IMG/VR virus record: IMGVR_UViG_3300009130_001466
Span: 1 to 64,000 of that record
DNA: 64,000 bases
From: a virus
Reading direction: 5' to 3' (one strand)
Part shown: positions 44,748 to 54,216 of the stretch, piece after piece
Layout of the letters: every line of letters starts with the position of its first letter
Numbering within the stretch: position 1 is the first letter of the stretch
Notes under the pieces: model-generated
The model's input: only the letters and a program-made list of their open reading frames with translations
Told to the model about the DNA's origin: nothing
The model's database searches: none
Translations under genes and position numbers: made by a program

Positions 44748-45113
44748 ATGTATACAAAATTAATAGATCAAATTGAAAACGCCTTCTATGAAGGCTTTAC
44801 TGACAAGTCTTTTCGTAAACACGGCAAGGGTTATGTTGGGCCATTAGAAATTAAAGACGAAGAGGATTTTTATATCGTTAAAAAGGTTATTGTTGGATTT
44901 AGTTCTGACGAAATTACTGCGAATGTCCGTAAAAGTATCTTAAAGGTTTTCGTTAATGATGAAAAACAAAAACCAATTGATATTGTCAATTTAAGAATTG
45001 ATACCGACTATATTGACGCTTCCAAAATTTCATCTAAATTAAAAAACGGAATTATGGAAATCAAACTCCCAAAATCTGAAAATTCTAAAACAGTTCAAAT
45101 CTCTGTAGATTAA
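44748..45113 (+). CDS. Small heat shock protein Hsp20
   Basis: IDASKISSKLKNGIMEIKLPK and C-terminal IxV (QISVD). Confidence 0.88.
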   Translation: MYTKLIDQIENAFYEGFTDKSFRKHGKGYVGPLEIKDEEDFYIVKKVIVGFSSDEITANVRKSILKVFVNDEKQKPIDIVNLRIDTDYIDASKISSKLKNGIMEIKLPKSENSKTVQISVD

Positions 45114-45118
45114 ACAAG

Positions 45119-45150
45119 AGCCCCCGATTGAAAAAGTCGGGGGCTTTTTT
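45119..45150 (+). terminator. Intrinsic terminator overlapping a sigma70 promoter
   Basis: AGCCCCCGA...TCGGGGGCT plus T-tract; TTGAAA(45128)-N16-TATAAT(45150). Confidence 0.88.
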
Positions 45151-45160
45151 ATAATCAGTT

Positions 45161-45574
45161 ATGCCGTTATATTTATACGAAAATGTAGAAACTGGAGAGA
45201 TCTCAGAGATCCTTCAGAGTATGAACGATGTCCACGAGTACCACGGTAAGGATGGATTAGAGCAAGGGCTTTGGAGGCGCGTTTACGTCAATCCTACGCT
45301 ATCTTTTGACACCAAGATGGATGCGTTTGACTCAAAATCTTTCGTTGCATCCACAGTCAACAAAAATGACACATATGGAGACCTTCAAAATAGAGCGGCA
45401 GAAGCATCAGAAATTAGAGCTGGAAAGAATGGGGGCATAGATCCAGTAAAGGAGAAATACTACAAAGACTATAATAAAAAAACGAATGGCAAGCTCCACC
45501 CTCAAGAACAAAAAGAAAAATTCAAAAAGGCTATAGAAAAAGCAGAAAAAAAAGGCTTAAACGTAGAGCTTTAA
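45161..45574 (+). CDS. FmdB-like protein (Cys-less zinc-ribbon-type N-terminus)
   Basis: MPLYLYENVETGE...WRRVY; TYGDL. Confidence 0.65.
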   Translation: MPLYLYENVETGEISEILQSMNDVHEYHGKDGLEQGLWRRVYVNPTLSFDTKMDAFDSKSFVASTVNKNDTYGDLQNRAAEASEIRAGKNGGIDPVKEKYYKDYNKKTNGKLHPQEQKEKFKKAIEKAEKKGLNVEL

Positions 45575-45590
45575 TATTAATATAAAAAAT

Positions 45591-45740
45591 ATGAAAATAA
45601 TATTAGAAGAAAAAGACTTTAATTATATTTACAGCATTTTAATGTCCCTGCCAATAAGAGAACTTGAAAAAGTTCAAGAAATTTTGAAAGCACTGGAATC
45701 AAAAAAAGATTCTAAAGATCAACCTGTAGAAGAATCTTAA
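45591..45740 (+). CDS. Small hypothetical protein (49 aa)
   Basis: Below the ORF-track cutoff: MKIILEEKDFNYIYSILMSLPIRELEKVQEILKALESKKDSKDQPVEES. Confidence 0.6.
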   Translation: MKIILEEKDFNYIYSILMSLPIRELEKVQEILKALESKKDSKDQPVEES

Positions 45741-45743
45741 AAT

Positions 45744-48700
45744 TTATACAGCGGAGGTATTTATTTCTCTCCAATTTGATCCATTGTGAATATACATATT
45801 GTCGCCACTATACATAATCTGGCCACCTACGCCTGGGGTACTTGCGCCAGTCCATAAAGGCACATTCATATAAGTTCCTTGGTCAAAATCTAAGAAAAGG
45901 GTGTCTTCTCCCTTGGATTGTGTTTGGGTTATTTTACTGTCTTTTATTACGGACCCAGCTATATGCTGAGAATCTATATTATCTCCAAAAACAAAAGTGT
46001 TTTGCCCGCTTGATTCTATATCTTCTCCAAAGAAAGTAGATTTGTTTGAATTTTGTACATTTATTCGATCTCCGTATATAAAAACATTACTAGAACTCTT
46101 AACATTATTATTAAAGCCCTTAATTGATAAATTTGAAACAAAACCGCCAACGCCCGACAGTGTATTTCCGTACCCTAAAATATCACAATGCCTAAAGTCA
46201 ACAAAAGTACTAGTGTCACCAAATTTAACAAAAGTAATATCTTCCCCAAGAATCCTTGAATGCTCTACTCGCACCCTTCCAGTTAAATTAATATTGGAGC
46301 CCAAAATATCTGAGTAATCTAAATCATGATCTATGTTAATATTATTCCCTTGAATTTTGGAATCGGCTGCATTGCTTATATCGCTTTGGATTAAATTAAA
46401 AACAGAACAGCGATTAATGCCACTCAACTCTGAATCGTTAACATAGTTTAAATTAGACGACAATATGGATCTTGCATTAGAATTTATTAAATTATTTGCG
46501 GAAGAACTCGATAATCCAAGAACATTACAGTTACCAAGATTCGATATTGATGAATCGGTTACGCTAGATAAGTTTGAAGCGTAAATATTTTTGATTTCTG
46601 AGTAGAATGCACCAGAAACCGTAGATTCGTCGTGGTTGAAACAAAAAACGTCTAGAGAAGCCCTGAAAATATTATCGGATGAATTCTGACTACTTCGAGT
46701 AAAATTATGACCACCAATAACGAACAAATTAGAACAAAAATCAAGTTTATTCTTTTTCCCAAATATATAATTTGAATCTTCTCGTGTATTCTGAGTGTTG
46801 AATGCCGCCCCAGTAATACTATTTTGCTCGCCTATAATAAGTGAGTAGACTGAAGGTTCTTCACCTACAATTTCGTTTTCGTCTCCAAAAATTAAATTAT
46901 TACGACCAGACAAAGTATTTTCAGCACCATTTATAATCGTACTTTTCCGACCATAAATAGTATTATTTAGCCCATTTAAAATTGTAGAGTAGGTGTTGTT
47001 AAGGACGTCTGTTGCATCTAACTCCGATACTTCAGTTAATATTTTATTTCTGTTTCCATTTAAAATGGTTGAATTGGCGCTTTTGATTCTTTCCCCGCTT
47101 TGTGATATTTCGTTTCCGATACCATTGAAGATTGAAGAATAATGCGCCGCTTTAACTAAAGATCCAAGACTGTTGGAAATATTACAAAATATTGGATAAT
47201 TATCCGAATCTTGAAAGCTGCTAACATTAGGGCCCCTATAGCCGCTTTCTATGCTTGAATTCATAGAATTGCTTATTGATAGAAGTTGTCCATGTGTGCT
47301 GCACCTAACTGAAGAAAAAATGGAAGAGAGACTTTCCCAAGTCTGCCTTCTGTCATTAAAATCACGAAGTAAATCGCTTTCTTCCATACCGCTTAATTCT
47401 GGTATTACAAAATCGTGTCCAAAATTAAAAGTATTTCTAAAACCGAATTCGCCATACAGGGAATGGGTCACTGCATGTATATCATTTCTTTTCCCATTTA
47501 ATATAAAACCGCCTATTCCGTCTACACTATTCTCTTCTCCTCCGAATATATGAGAATGTTTGTTTTGCACAGCTTCCAAATTTGAGCCGTTAGCGAAGAC
47601 GCCCTCTATAACGAATCTCTCACCAGCCTTGTTTGAACCTATTACATTGTTTTCTCCATTAATTATCGTGTTGTAATTTTTATAGTCTCTGTTGAAATAG
47701 TAGAATCCTTTATCTAAATTTTCTGAAGACGACCCAGTTAAAAAACTCAAATTAATTGTATTACCTGTGCCGCCAAATATGTAAGAATTGTGCCCAGAAG
47801 CTTTATTGTTTATGCCCGCTACTATTGAGTTCGCTCCAGCTAACTCATTTCCAGATCCATTTAAAATAGTAGAAAAATCAGACTGAACTTTATTTTCGAT
47901 TCCATTCAGAATAGACGCATAAACAGGGGCATCAAAAACCTTTTGTTCAAACCAATAACCTGAAATTCTCTCAAAACCATCTGTGGCCGACCAAGTATAC
48001 CAAGGTTGAGGATGAATATCGCTTTCATAAATTTCGCTATACAGCAGGTCTTGAAATGGAAACTTAGTAAACTGAGCGGCAAAACCCACTTCTCTGATAA
48101 TTCCAGTGTCTGCGGTTGTAAAACTAATTGTCACGTCGGTATTTGTATCGATCGTAGAACCATCTGGAGTTAAAATAACTCCATTATCTGACTCAATAAT
48201 AGAATTTCCAGTTCCACCAGCAATAAATGAATCACTAGAGTCAATAATATTATTACCTCGGCCAGCCGTTATAGAACATCTTTCAGAATCTTCCACAACG
48301 TTTATTCTGCCAGCAGAAATGCAAGAATCTAAAGAATCTTTGACATCATTGTTTCTTCCCGCAAGAATTGCTACACCAGTTCCAGTTAAATTATTATCCT
48401 GTCCACCAAAAAGGGTAGCATAAAGACCTGATGCGGTGTTATTTTGCCCGCCAACTAAAATAGTCTCGTCACCAAATACATCATTATTTGAACCCCCAAC
48501 TAATACGCTTCTGTCTCCACTTATTGAATTATTATTGCCACCTACAAGGGAAGACTCAGTTCCAATAATATAATTAGATCTACCTCCCACTAAAGAGGAA
48601 TGAGTTGAGTTTTGTATTTTGTTTGTTTTCCCTCCGAGTAAAACAGAAGAAGTGGAACCAGTTATAGTATTATCATCTCCTACTCCAACTAAAGATCCAG

Positions 48701-51011
48701 TTGATGACGCTATTACATTCGTCGAGCCAGCGGCAATGGAAGATTGGTTAGAGTTTTGTAGTAAATTTCCAGTTCCCGCTCCAACCGAGGAGTCTTGAGA
48801 ATTTATTAAAGTATTACTTGATCCCGCTGTAACCGAGGAGTCTTGAGAATTTGTAAACGTATTATCTTTGCCCGCACCAACGTGGGACCTTTGAGAATTT
48901 TGCATAAAATTCCCAGTTCCCGCTCCGATTGAAGAATCGTCCGAAAGTTTTATGGAGTTTTCTCTACCAGCGACGACCGTGGAAGCCACGCCGCTCACCT
49001 TATTATTTTCGCCAGCGAAAAGCGTGACAAATTTTCCAGAAGCGGTATTGGACTCGCCGCCCATCAAAACGATTCCGTCGCCCACTAACTGATTTCCGCT
49101 ACCCCCGACAAGAACGCTCTTATCTCCGTGAAGGGTATTATTGCTACCTCCGAGCAGAGAAGAGGAAGAGCCAGATACTACATTTTCTATCCCGCCGAGC
49201 AAGGAAGAGTAGCTTCCAGTTCTCAATTCATTATCTCTGCCGCCTAAGATAGAAGCGGAAGAAGTGTTTTCTCCGACCAGATTGTTTCTGCCGCCGAGTA
49301 TCGAAGAGTTGTTTCCGATAGCTTGATTTAAGAAACCCCCTCCAAGAATGGAGTCCTCTCCGCTCACAATATTTTGAAGCCCCGCCAATATCGCTGCGTT
49401 TTCGACATAAACCTTGTTGCGGTTTCCTCCACCGATGAAAGAAGAATTTCCGCTTATGTAATTTTCGTCGCCAGCGGCAATGGAAGATCGGTTAGAGTTT
49501 TGAATGTAGTTTCCAGTTCCAGCGGCAATCGAAGAATCGCTTGAGCCGCTAATTTTATTAAAACCGCCCCCTACAATTGCAGAATTAGCAGAACCACTCA
49601 GTTTATTTTGATTGCCAGCCCCCAGGAAAGATTCATTTGAACTTATAATTCTATTTCCAGTTCCAGCAGAACTTGAAGAATTATTAGACCCTGATAAAAC
49701 ATTTTCTTCGCCAGCTAAAATAGAAGACCCAGTTGAATCAGTCAAAGAATGGCTATCACCAGCACCTATCCACGAACTACTAGAATTTAAAACATTATTT
49801 CCAGAGCCAGCTCCTATGAAAGAACTGGGAGAGTTAGAGAATATATTTTCAGACCCAGCACCTATGAAAGAATTATCCGACGTATTTAAATGATTTTGGG
49901 TTCCAGCCCCCAGTAAACTATCACTTGAACCAGAAATTATATTAGATAGCCCCGCACCTAAAGTTGATCTTGGTGAATTTTTTACTAAATTCAAATTACC
50001 ACCGACAAGAATAGCATTATCCGAAACTAAATTGTTTCCACTTCCTCCAACTATAACACTTTTTTGCCCAGAAATGTTGTTGTTTGATCCACCTACAAGA
50101 GAACTTAAAGATCCACTTATTTCGTTGTTTTCTCCGCCAAGAAGAGAAGAGTGGGTTGAATTTTTTACAATATTTTCCTTGCCTCCAACTATTGTAGAAT
50201 AATTTCCCGTTTTTATTTCATTATTATCTCCGCCTAAAATAGCAGATTTCTGACCGTCTATAGAATTTATATGACCACCAGCAATTACAGAACCTTCGCC
50301 AGTAATTGTGTTATTTGTACCCGCTATTATCCCACCTAAATTAGAATTTACTTGATTCCCATTGCCTCCAGCAATTGCAGATCGATCAGAATTTACTATA
50401 TTATTTTGTCCAGCACCTATGAAAGATTTATTGCCAGAAATTTGGTTTTGGCTGCCAGCCGATATAGAGGATTGATTACCTATCAAATCATTTCCAAGTC
50501 CACCATTTACAGTAGATGAATTTCCAGTAATATGATTTCCAGCACCAGCGCCGATAAAAGAAAAGTTCCCACTTAGAGAGTTATGAGTGCCAGCGGAGAT
50601 AAACGAGTCATCCCCTATTAAAGAATTATATGTGCCAACACCAATGGCGGAATAATCCCCACTTAGAAAATTATTATTGCCAGCTAATATAACAGAATAA
50701 TTCCCACTTAAAGTATTTACGTTTCCAGCAAATATAACAGATCCTTGCGAATTTTGAGCCATTTGAAGCTGACCCTCCCCCAAACCAGAAAGCGAATTAT
50801 TTTTATAAACAAGCTCTAAACCTTGATAAGTTGGTATAGAATTGAAATTCTTAACTCCAGATATGTTCTGATCGCCAGTTTTTAATACTATTTTGTTTCC
50901 ATCCCAATCTATATCAGATCCATCTCCATTTGTGACTATCGCAGTGTTTGGATCTGAATTCAGTATATAGATATAACTAGAATCTATTCTTTTTCCGTAA
51001 AGGTCTGCCAT
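45744..51011 (-). CDS. Giant beta-solenoid tail fibre/adhesin
   Basis: Dozens of 14-16 aa SxIxGGxxNxI repeats; N-terminal TGDQNISGVKNF; start MADLYGK at 51011 after GTGTAA-N8 (51020-51025). Confidence 0.85.
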   Translation of the reverse strand: MADLYGKRIDSSYIYILNSDPNTAIVTNGDGSDIDWDGNKIVLKTGDQNISGVKNFNSIPTYQGLELVYKNNSLSGLGEGQLQMAQNSQGSVIFAGNVNTLSGNYSVILAGNNNFLSGDYSAIGVGTYNSLIGDDSFISAGTHNSLSGNFSFIGAGAGNHITGNSSTVNGGLGNDLIGNQSSISAGSQNQISGNKSFIGAGQNNIVNSDRSAIAGGNGNQVNSNLGGIIAGTNNTITGEGSVIAGGHINSIDGQKSAILGGDNNEIKTGNYSTIVGGKENIVKNSTHSSLLGGENNEISGSLSSLVGGSNNNISGQKSVIVGGSGNNLVSDNAILVGGNLNLVKNSPRSTLGAGLSNIISGSSDSLLGAGTQNHLNTSDNSFIGAGSENIFSNSPSSFIGAGSGNNVLNSSSSWIGAGDSHSLTDSTGSSILAGEENVLSGSNNSSSSAGTGNRIISSNESFLGAGNQNKLSGSANSAIVGGGFNKISGSSDSSIAAGTGNYIQNSNRSSIAAGDENYISGNSSFIGGGNRNKVYVENAAILAGLQNIVSGEDSILGGGFLNQAIGNNSSILGGRNNLVGENTSSASILGGRDNELRTGSYSSLLGGIENVVSGSSSSLLGGSNNTLHGDKSVLVGGSGNQLVGDGIVLMGGESNTASGKFVTLFAGENNKVSGVASTVVAGRENSIKLSDDSSIGAGTGNFMQNSQRSHVGAGKDNTFTNSQDSSVTAGSSNTLINSQDSSVGAGTGNLLQNSNQSSIAAGSTNVIASSTGSLVGVGDDNTITGSTSSVLLGGKTNKIQNSTHSSLVGGRSNYIIGTESSLVGGNNNSISGDRSVLVGGSNNDVFGDETILVGGQNNTASGLYATLFGGQDNNLTGTGVAILAGRNNDVKDSLDSCISAGRINVVEDSERCSITAGRGNNIIDSSDSFIAGGTGNSIIESDNGVILTPDGSTIDTNTDVTISFTTADTGIIREVGFAAQFTKFPFQDLLYSEIYESDIHPQPWYTWSATDGFERISGYWFEQKVFDAPVYASILNGIENKVQSDFSTILNGSGNELAGANSIVAGINNKASGHNSYIFGGTGNTINLSFLTGSSSENLDKGFYYFNRDYKNYNTIINGENNVIGSNKAGERFVIEGVFANGSNLEAVQNKHSHIFGGEENSVDGIGGFILNGKRNDIHAVTHSLYGEFGFRNTFNFGHDFVIPELSGMEESDLLRDFNDRRQTWESLSSIFSSVRCSTHGQLLSISNSMNSSIESGYRGPNVSSFQDSDNYPIFCNISNSLGSLVKAAHYSSIFNGIGNEISQSGERIKSANSTILNGNRNKILTEVSELDATDVLNNTYSTILNGLNNTIYGRKSTIINGAENTLSGRNNLIFGDENEIVGEEPSVYSLIIGEQNSITGAAFNTQNTREDSNYIFGKKNKLDFCSNLFVIGGHNFTRSSQNSSDNIFRASLDVFCFNHDESTVSGAFYSEIKNIYASNLSSVTDSSISNLGNCNVLGLSSSSANNLINSNARSILSSNLNYVNDSELSGINRCSVFNLIQSDISNAADSKIQGNNINIDHDLDYSDILGSNINLTGRVRVEHSRILGEDITFVKFGDTSTFVDFRHCDILGYGNTLSGVGGFVSNLSIKGFNNNVKSSSNVFIYGDRINVQNSNKSTFFGEDIESSGQNTFVFGDNIDSQHIAGSVIKDSKITQTQSKGEDTLFLDFDQGTYMNVPLWTGASTPGVGGQIMYSGDNMYIHNGSNWREINTSAV

Positions 51012-51019
51012 AATCTTAT

Positions 51020-52144
51020 TTACACAAAACTGTTCCAAATAAAGTCATTATGACTGAAAATAGTTCCGTTGTTCTTATTCCAAAGGTAAACAGAGGCGCC
51101 AGTTAATATATTTATATTATTTGCGCCAAAAATTAAATTTGCATCTTCTGATAATTCTGATGAAATAGAGTTACTGAAGTTTTTGGACTGTAAACTTGCT
51201 CCAGAAATATTGACCATGAAGTTTTTGCCATTTATCTTGCCACCACTTATGCTTATATAATAAGTTTCTGAATTTTTTAAAAAATTTAATAAAGAATGAT
51301 CGGTTTCTATGTCTGAAACTTTATTTTTTAAAGAAATTTTTCCTAAAAACGGAGGAGTCGCCACCCTTCCCATTGGAAAATATTTATCTATAGAATTTAT
51401 TCTTTTTCTGTTAAAATCGAGATTTATGTCGAAAGATTGAATATTATCTGGCTTAATCAAGAAAGAATCTTCTGTTCCTATCCCGCTTATTTTTACATAA
51501 GTATTGTATCCAGCAGTCCACTCTCCCATAAAGTTGGACTCAATTAATTCATCGTATATGCCAGTAAACACAAAATTACCAACTGGTTGTTGATCTCCAG
51601 TTAAATTAACAGATGGAGACTTGCCACTGCTTAATAAATACTGCCCATCGCTACCACTATATTCTTGCGCAATTATATTACTTCCGATGTATGAATAGTC
51701 ACTGGTTAAAATACCACCAACTTTTTGATTTATTTTTACAGAGTCAAGAAAACAATTTCCTATTGAAAGCGAACTCTCATATTGACTAAGAACAGTTCTT
51801 TCTTCGTCTCTACCAACAATAGAATAAAAGTTTTTCCCCCGATTTAAATCTTCACGAAGTTGCCCTCCAGTAAAAACATCTTCAAACAATGTTTCAAAAT
51901 TTTCAAGTATAGATAAGTTTACATTGACATCTGGGGCTTGATTTGAATAAATAAAATTTTTCTTTTTTGATCCCACTGAACCCTTACTACTAACTAAATT
52001 AGATCCAAAATCAAAATCAAAACTTTGCACCCCTGGCAAGAAGAACATACCGCTTCCGTTATTCATTTCTTGCTGATGAAACTCATCCTCGCTATAAAAC
52101 AAGCAAACATCCGCGTATCTATTTACAAATCTAGACGCACTCAT
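51020..52144 (-). CDS. Tail-tube-fold baseplate protein (paralog A)
   Basis: GVQSFDFDF, PSVNLTGDQ, IQSFDINLDFNRKRI; paralog of the neighbouring gene. Confidence 0.6.
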   Translation of the reverse strand: MSASRFVNRYADVCLFYSEDEFHQQEMNNGSGMFFLPGVQSFDFDFGSNLVSSKGSVGSKKKNFIYSNQAPDVNVNLSILENFETLFEDVFTGGQLREDLNRGKNFYSIVGRDEERTVLSQYESSLSIGNCFLDSVKINQKVGGILTSDYSYIGSNIIAQEYSGSDGQYLLSSGKSPSVNLTGDQQPVGNFVFTGIYDELIESNFMGEWTAGYNTYVKISGIGTEDSFLIKPDNIQSFDINLDFNRKRINSIDKYFPMGRVATPPFLGKISLKNKVSDIETDHSLLNFLKNSETYYISISGGKINGKNFMVNISGASLQSKNFSNSISSELSEDANLIFGANNINILTGASVYLWNKNNGTIFSHNDFIWNSFV

Positions 52145-53181
52145 TAAACCCTCCCAAAATCAAAAATATTAAAATTAAAAGAAAAAGAAGAGTTTAGATT
52201 TTGACCCAAAGAAATTGACTGGGAGTTAGAAGATAATCTTGCTCCAGATATCTGAAACTCTTGAGTCTCTGAATTTCCATTTTCAAAACTTAAATTCACT
52301 ACATAAGAATCGTTTGTCTCTAGAAAATCTTTTAGATTAGACTGGGACCCGCTTAAGTTAAATTCTGAAGATATAAAAGATGCAGAAAGTGACCCCTCCG
52401 TAGTATGTATGAACTTTCTTTTTATTGGGTATTTCTTTCCGATTGAAAATATTTTTTTTCTATTAAATGGCATAGATAAGGAAAAATCTTGAATCATGTC
52501 AGCTTTAATTAAAAATATATTTTCTGAGTTAACTCCAGATATCGACAAATTGGTTTTATAAGCTGGGAAAATATCATCTTGAAGATTTGTCTGAGCATTA
52601 AGTAGGCCTTGAACATTCGGAAGGGTTGTTGTAATGATTTGTGATTGATCTCCAGTTAAATTAACAGCTGGGTTATTTATCTCATTTGAGACTATGGTTT
52701 GAGCATTGATATTACTACAAGAATAAGTGTATTTTGATGTTAAAAACTGATTAATAGATTGCGTTAAAGTGAAATTTTCAAGGAAAGCATTGCCAAAATT
52801 TATGGTTTCATCTGCATCAGAAAAGTCTGAGTAATATTTTTTTTTACCTATCAGAAAATAAAAACTAGCATCTTGATCTAAGTCTTCTAAAACGGCATTG
52901 CCGCTAAAAAATCCAGAGAACATATCTTCAAATGTCTCAAAAATGTTAACATCTAAATTTACATCAACGTCATATCTATTTACGCTTTTTGAATAGAATT
53001 TATCACCAAGCGTTAGTATATCTTCGGTTTTTGTATTAAAATCAAATGAAAAATCCTGCACCAACGGGACTAGTTTTATAGATGATGCGTCATTAGACCC
53101 GCTTAAAAATGATCCAGCGCCACCCTTCAACAAACAAACATTTTCATATGTTATTGTTGGTCTATTTATATTAGTTGTCAT
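52144..53181 (-). CDS. Tail-tube-fold baseplate protein (paralog B)
   Basis: LVQDFSFDF, PAVNLTGDQ, IQDFSLSMPFNRKKI; start MTTNIN at 53181. Confidence 0.6.
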   Translation of the reverse strand: MTTNINRPTITYENVCLLKGGAGSFLSGSNDASSIKLVPLVQDFSFDFNTKTEDILTLGDKFYSKSVNRYDVDVNLDVNIFETFEDMFSGFFSGNAVLEDLDQDASFYFLIGKKKYYSDFSDADETINFGNAFLENFTLTQSINQFLTSKYTYSCSNINAQTIVSNEINNPAVNLTGDQSQIITTTLPNVQGLLNAQTNLQDDIFPAYKTNLSISGVNSENIFLIKADMIQDFSLSMPFNRKKIFSIGKKYPIKRKFIHTTEGSLSASFISSEFNLSGSQSNLKDFLETNDSYVVNLSFENGNSETQEFQISGARLSSNSQSISLGQNLNSSFSFNFNIFDFGRV

Positions 53182-54214
53182 AATAATAATTATCAAACAT
53201 TGCGTCGGATTTAAATTTAATTACTTCATCTAAATTTAATGTAATGTCGTTACAATCTTTATAAACAAATTTATGTTGCAGAGAATTACAAACAAAAAAC
53301 TTTCTTTGGTTGTATAATTGAGGCAAGTTTAATTCAAAAGGTTTGTAATCTTCGTGTTTTTCTATAAAATGAATTATTGATCTAGTTTCTTTATTGCTCC
53401 TGTTTTTTAGTGTTAGGGTTAGCCCTTTTATTAATCCAGCATTTGCATCTGTTTTCGCAAAAGAAGAAAAAGAATCTTTTAATTTTACAATTTCAGATTT
53501 TTTGTCTGTAGAAATGGAAACGTTATCGTCCAAATCATAAAAAAATGATCTAGTCCATTTTGAGGCGGTTCCAGTTGGACTATTTGAAGTATTTGATGTA
53601 TGATCGCCGCTACAATAATAAAATCTTTCAATCCTATTGGCCGCTGTATCGAAATTGCTATGCCCTCCAGTATTGTATTGTGGAAAATAAATAACATCAA
53701 ATTTTTCATAATCACTTGAAGACGACCATCCAGTTTGAAAATTTCCAGTATTTAAATACGAAGATGTTGCCCAGTTCAAAAAAGAAGAATATCCATTTTT
53801 TGAAACAACCAAATCTATATCAAAAAGTCCGTCATGAAACCTAAAGTCGTAATTTTCTACATAAAGTTCATTTATTCTTTGATACACATCTCCAGTCGGG
53901 AAAGCTAATTCAACATTATTTATATCAAGTTGATTAAAATCAAAAAACCCCAAACTATTTCTACTAACGCCCTCCAAAAAACTCAAAAAAGATTTAGCCT
54001 CCTCTTCTGTTTTGTTAGAGAATTTTAAATTAAATTTTATTTCTGTCCCGTTTAAACCTTTAGAGAATTTTTTATAATGGTTGTCTGCTGTATAAAAATG
54101 CACATTTTTATTTTCAAAAGACACGGTGGAGCCATATTCTGGGACAAACGAGTTAGCCTCGATAGTGCCCGTTACGTTATTGTCTCTATCGTAAGTTGCT
54201 AATACTTCGCTCAT
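53171..54214 (-). CDS. Distal tail protein (duplicated gpM-like halves)
   Basis: Directly after the tape measure gene; KGLNG..LKFSNKTEEEAKSFLSFLE and LTLKNRSNKETRSIIHFIE. Confidence 0.7.
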   Translation of the reverse strand: MSEVLATYDRDNNVTGTIEANSFVPEYGSTVSFENKNVHFYTADNHYKKFSKGLNGTEIKFNLKFSNKTEEEAKSFLSFLEGVSRNSLGFFDFNQLDINNVELAFPTGDVYQRINELYVENYDFRFHDGLFDIDLVVSKNGYSSFLNWATSSYLNTGNFQTGWSSSSDYEKFDVIYFPQYNTGGHSNFDTAANRIERFYYCSGDHTSNTSNSPTGTASKWTRSFFYDLDDNVSISTDKKSEIVKLKDSFSSFAKTDANAGLIKGLTLTLKNRSNKETRSIIHFIEKHEDYKPFELNLPQLYNQRKFFVCNSLQHKFVYKDCNDITLNLDEVIKFKSDAMFDNYYYDN

Positions 54215-54216
54215 TT

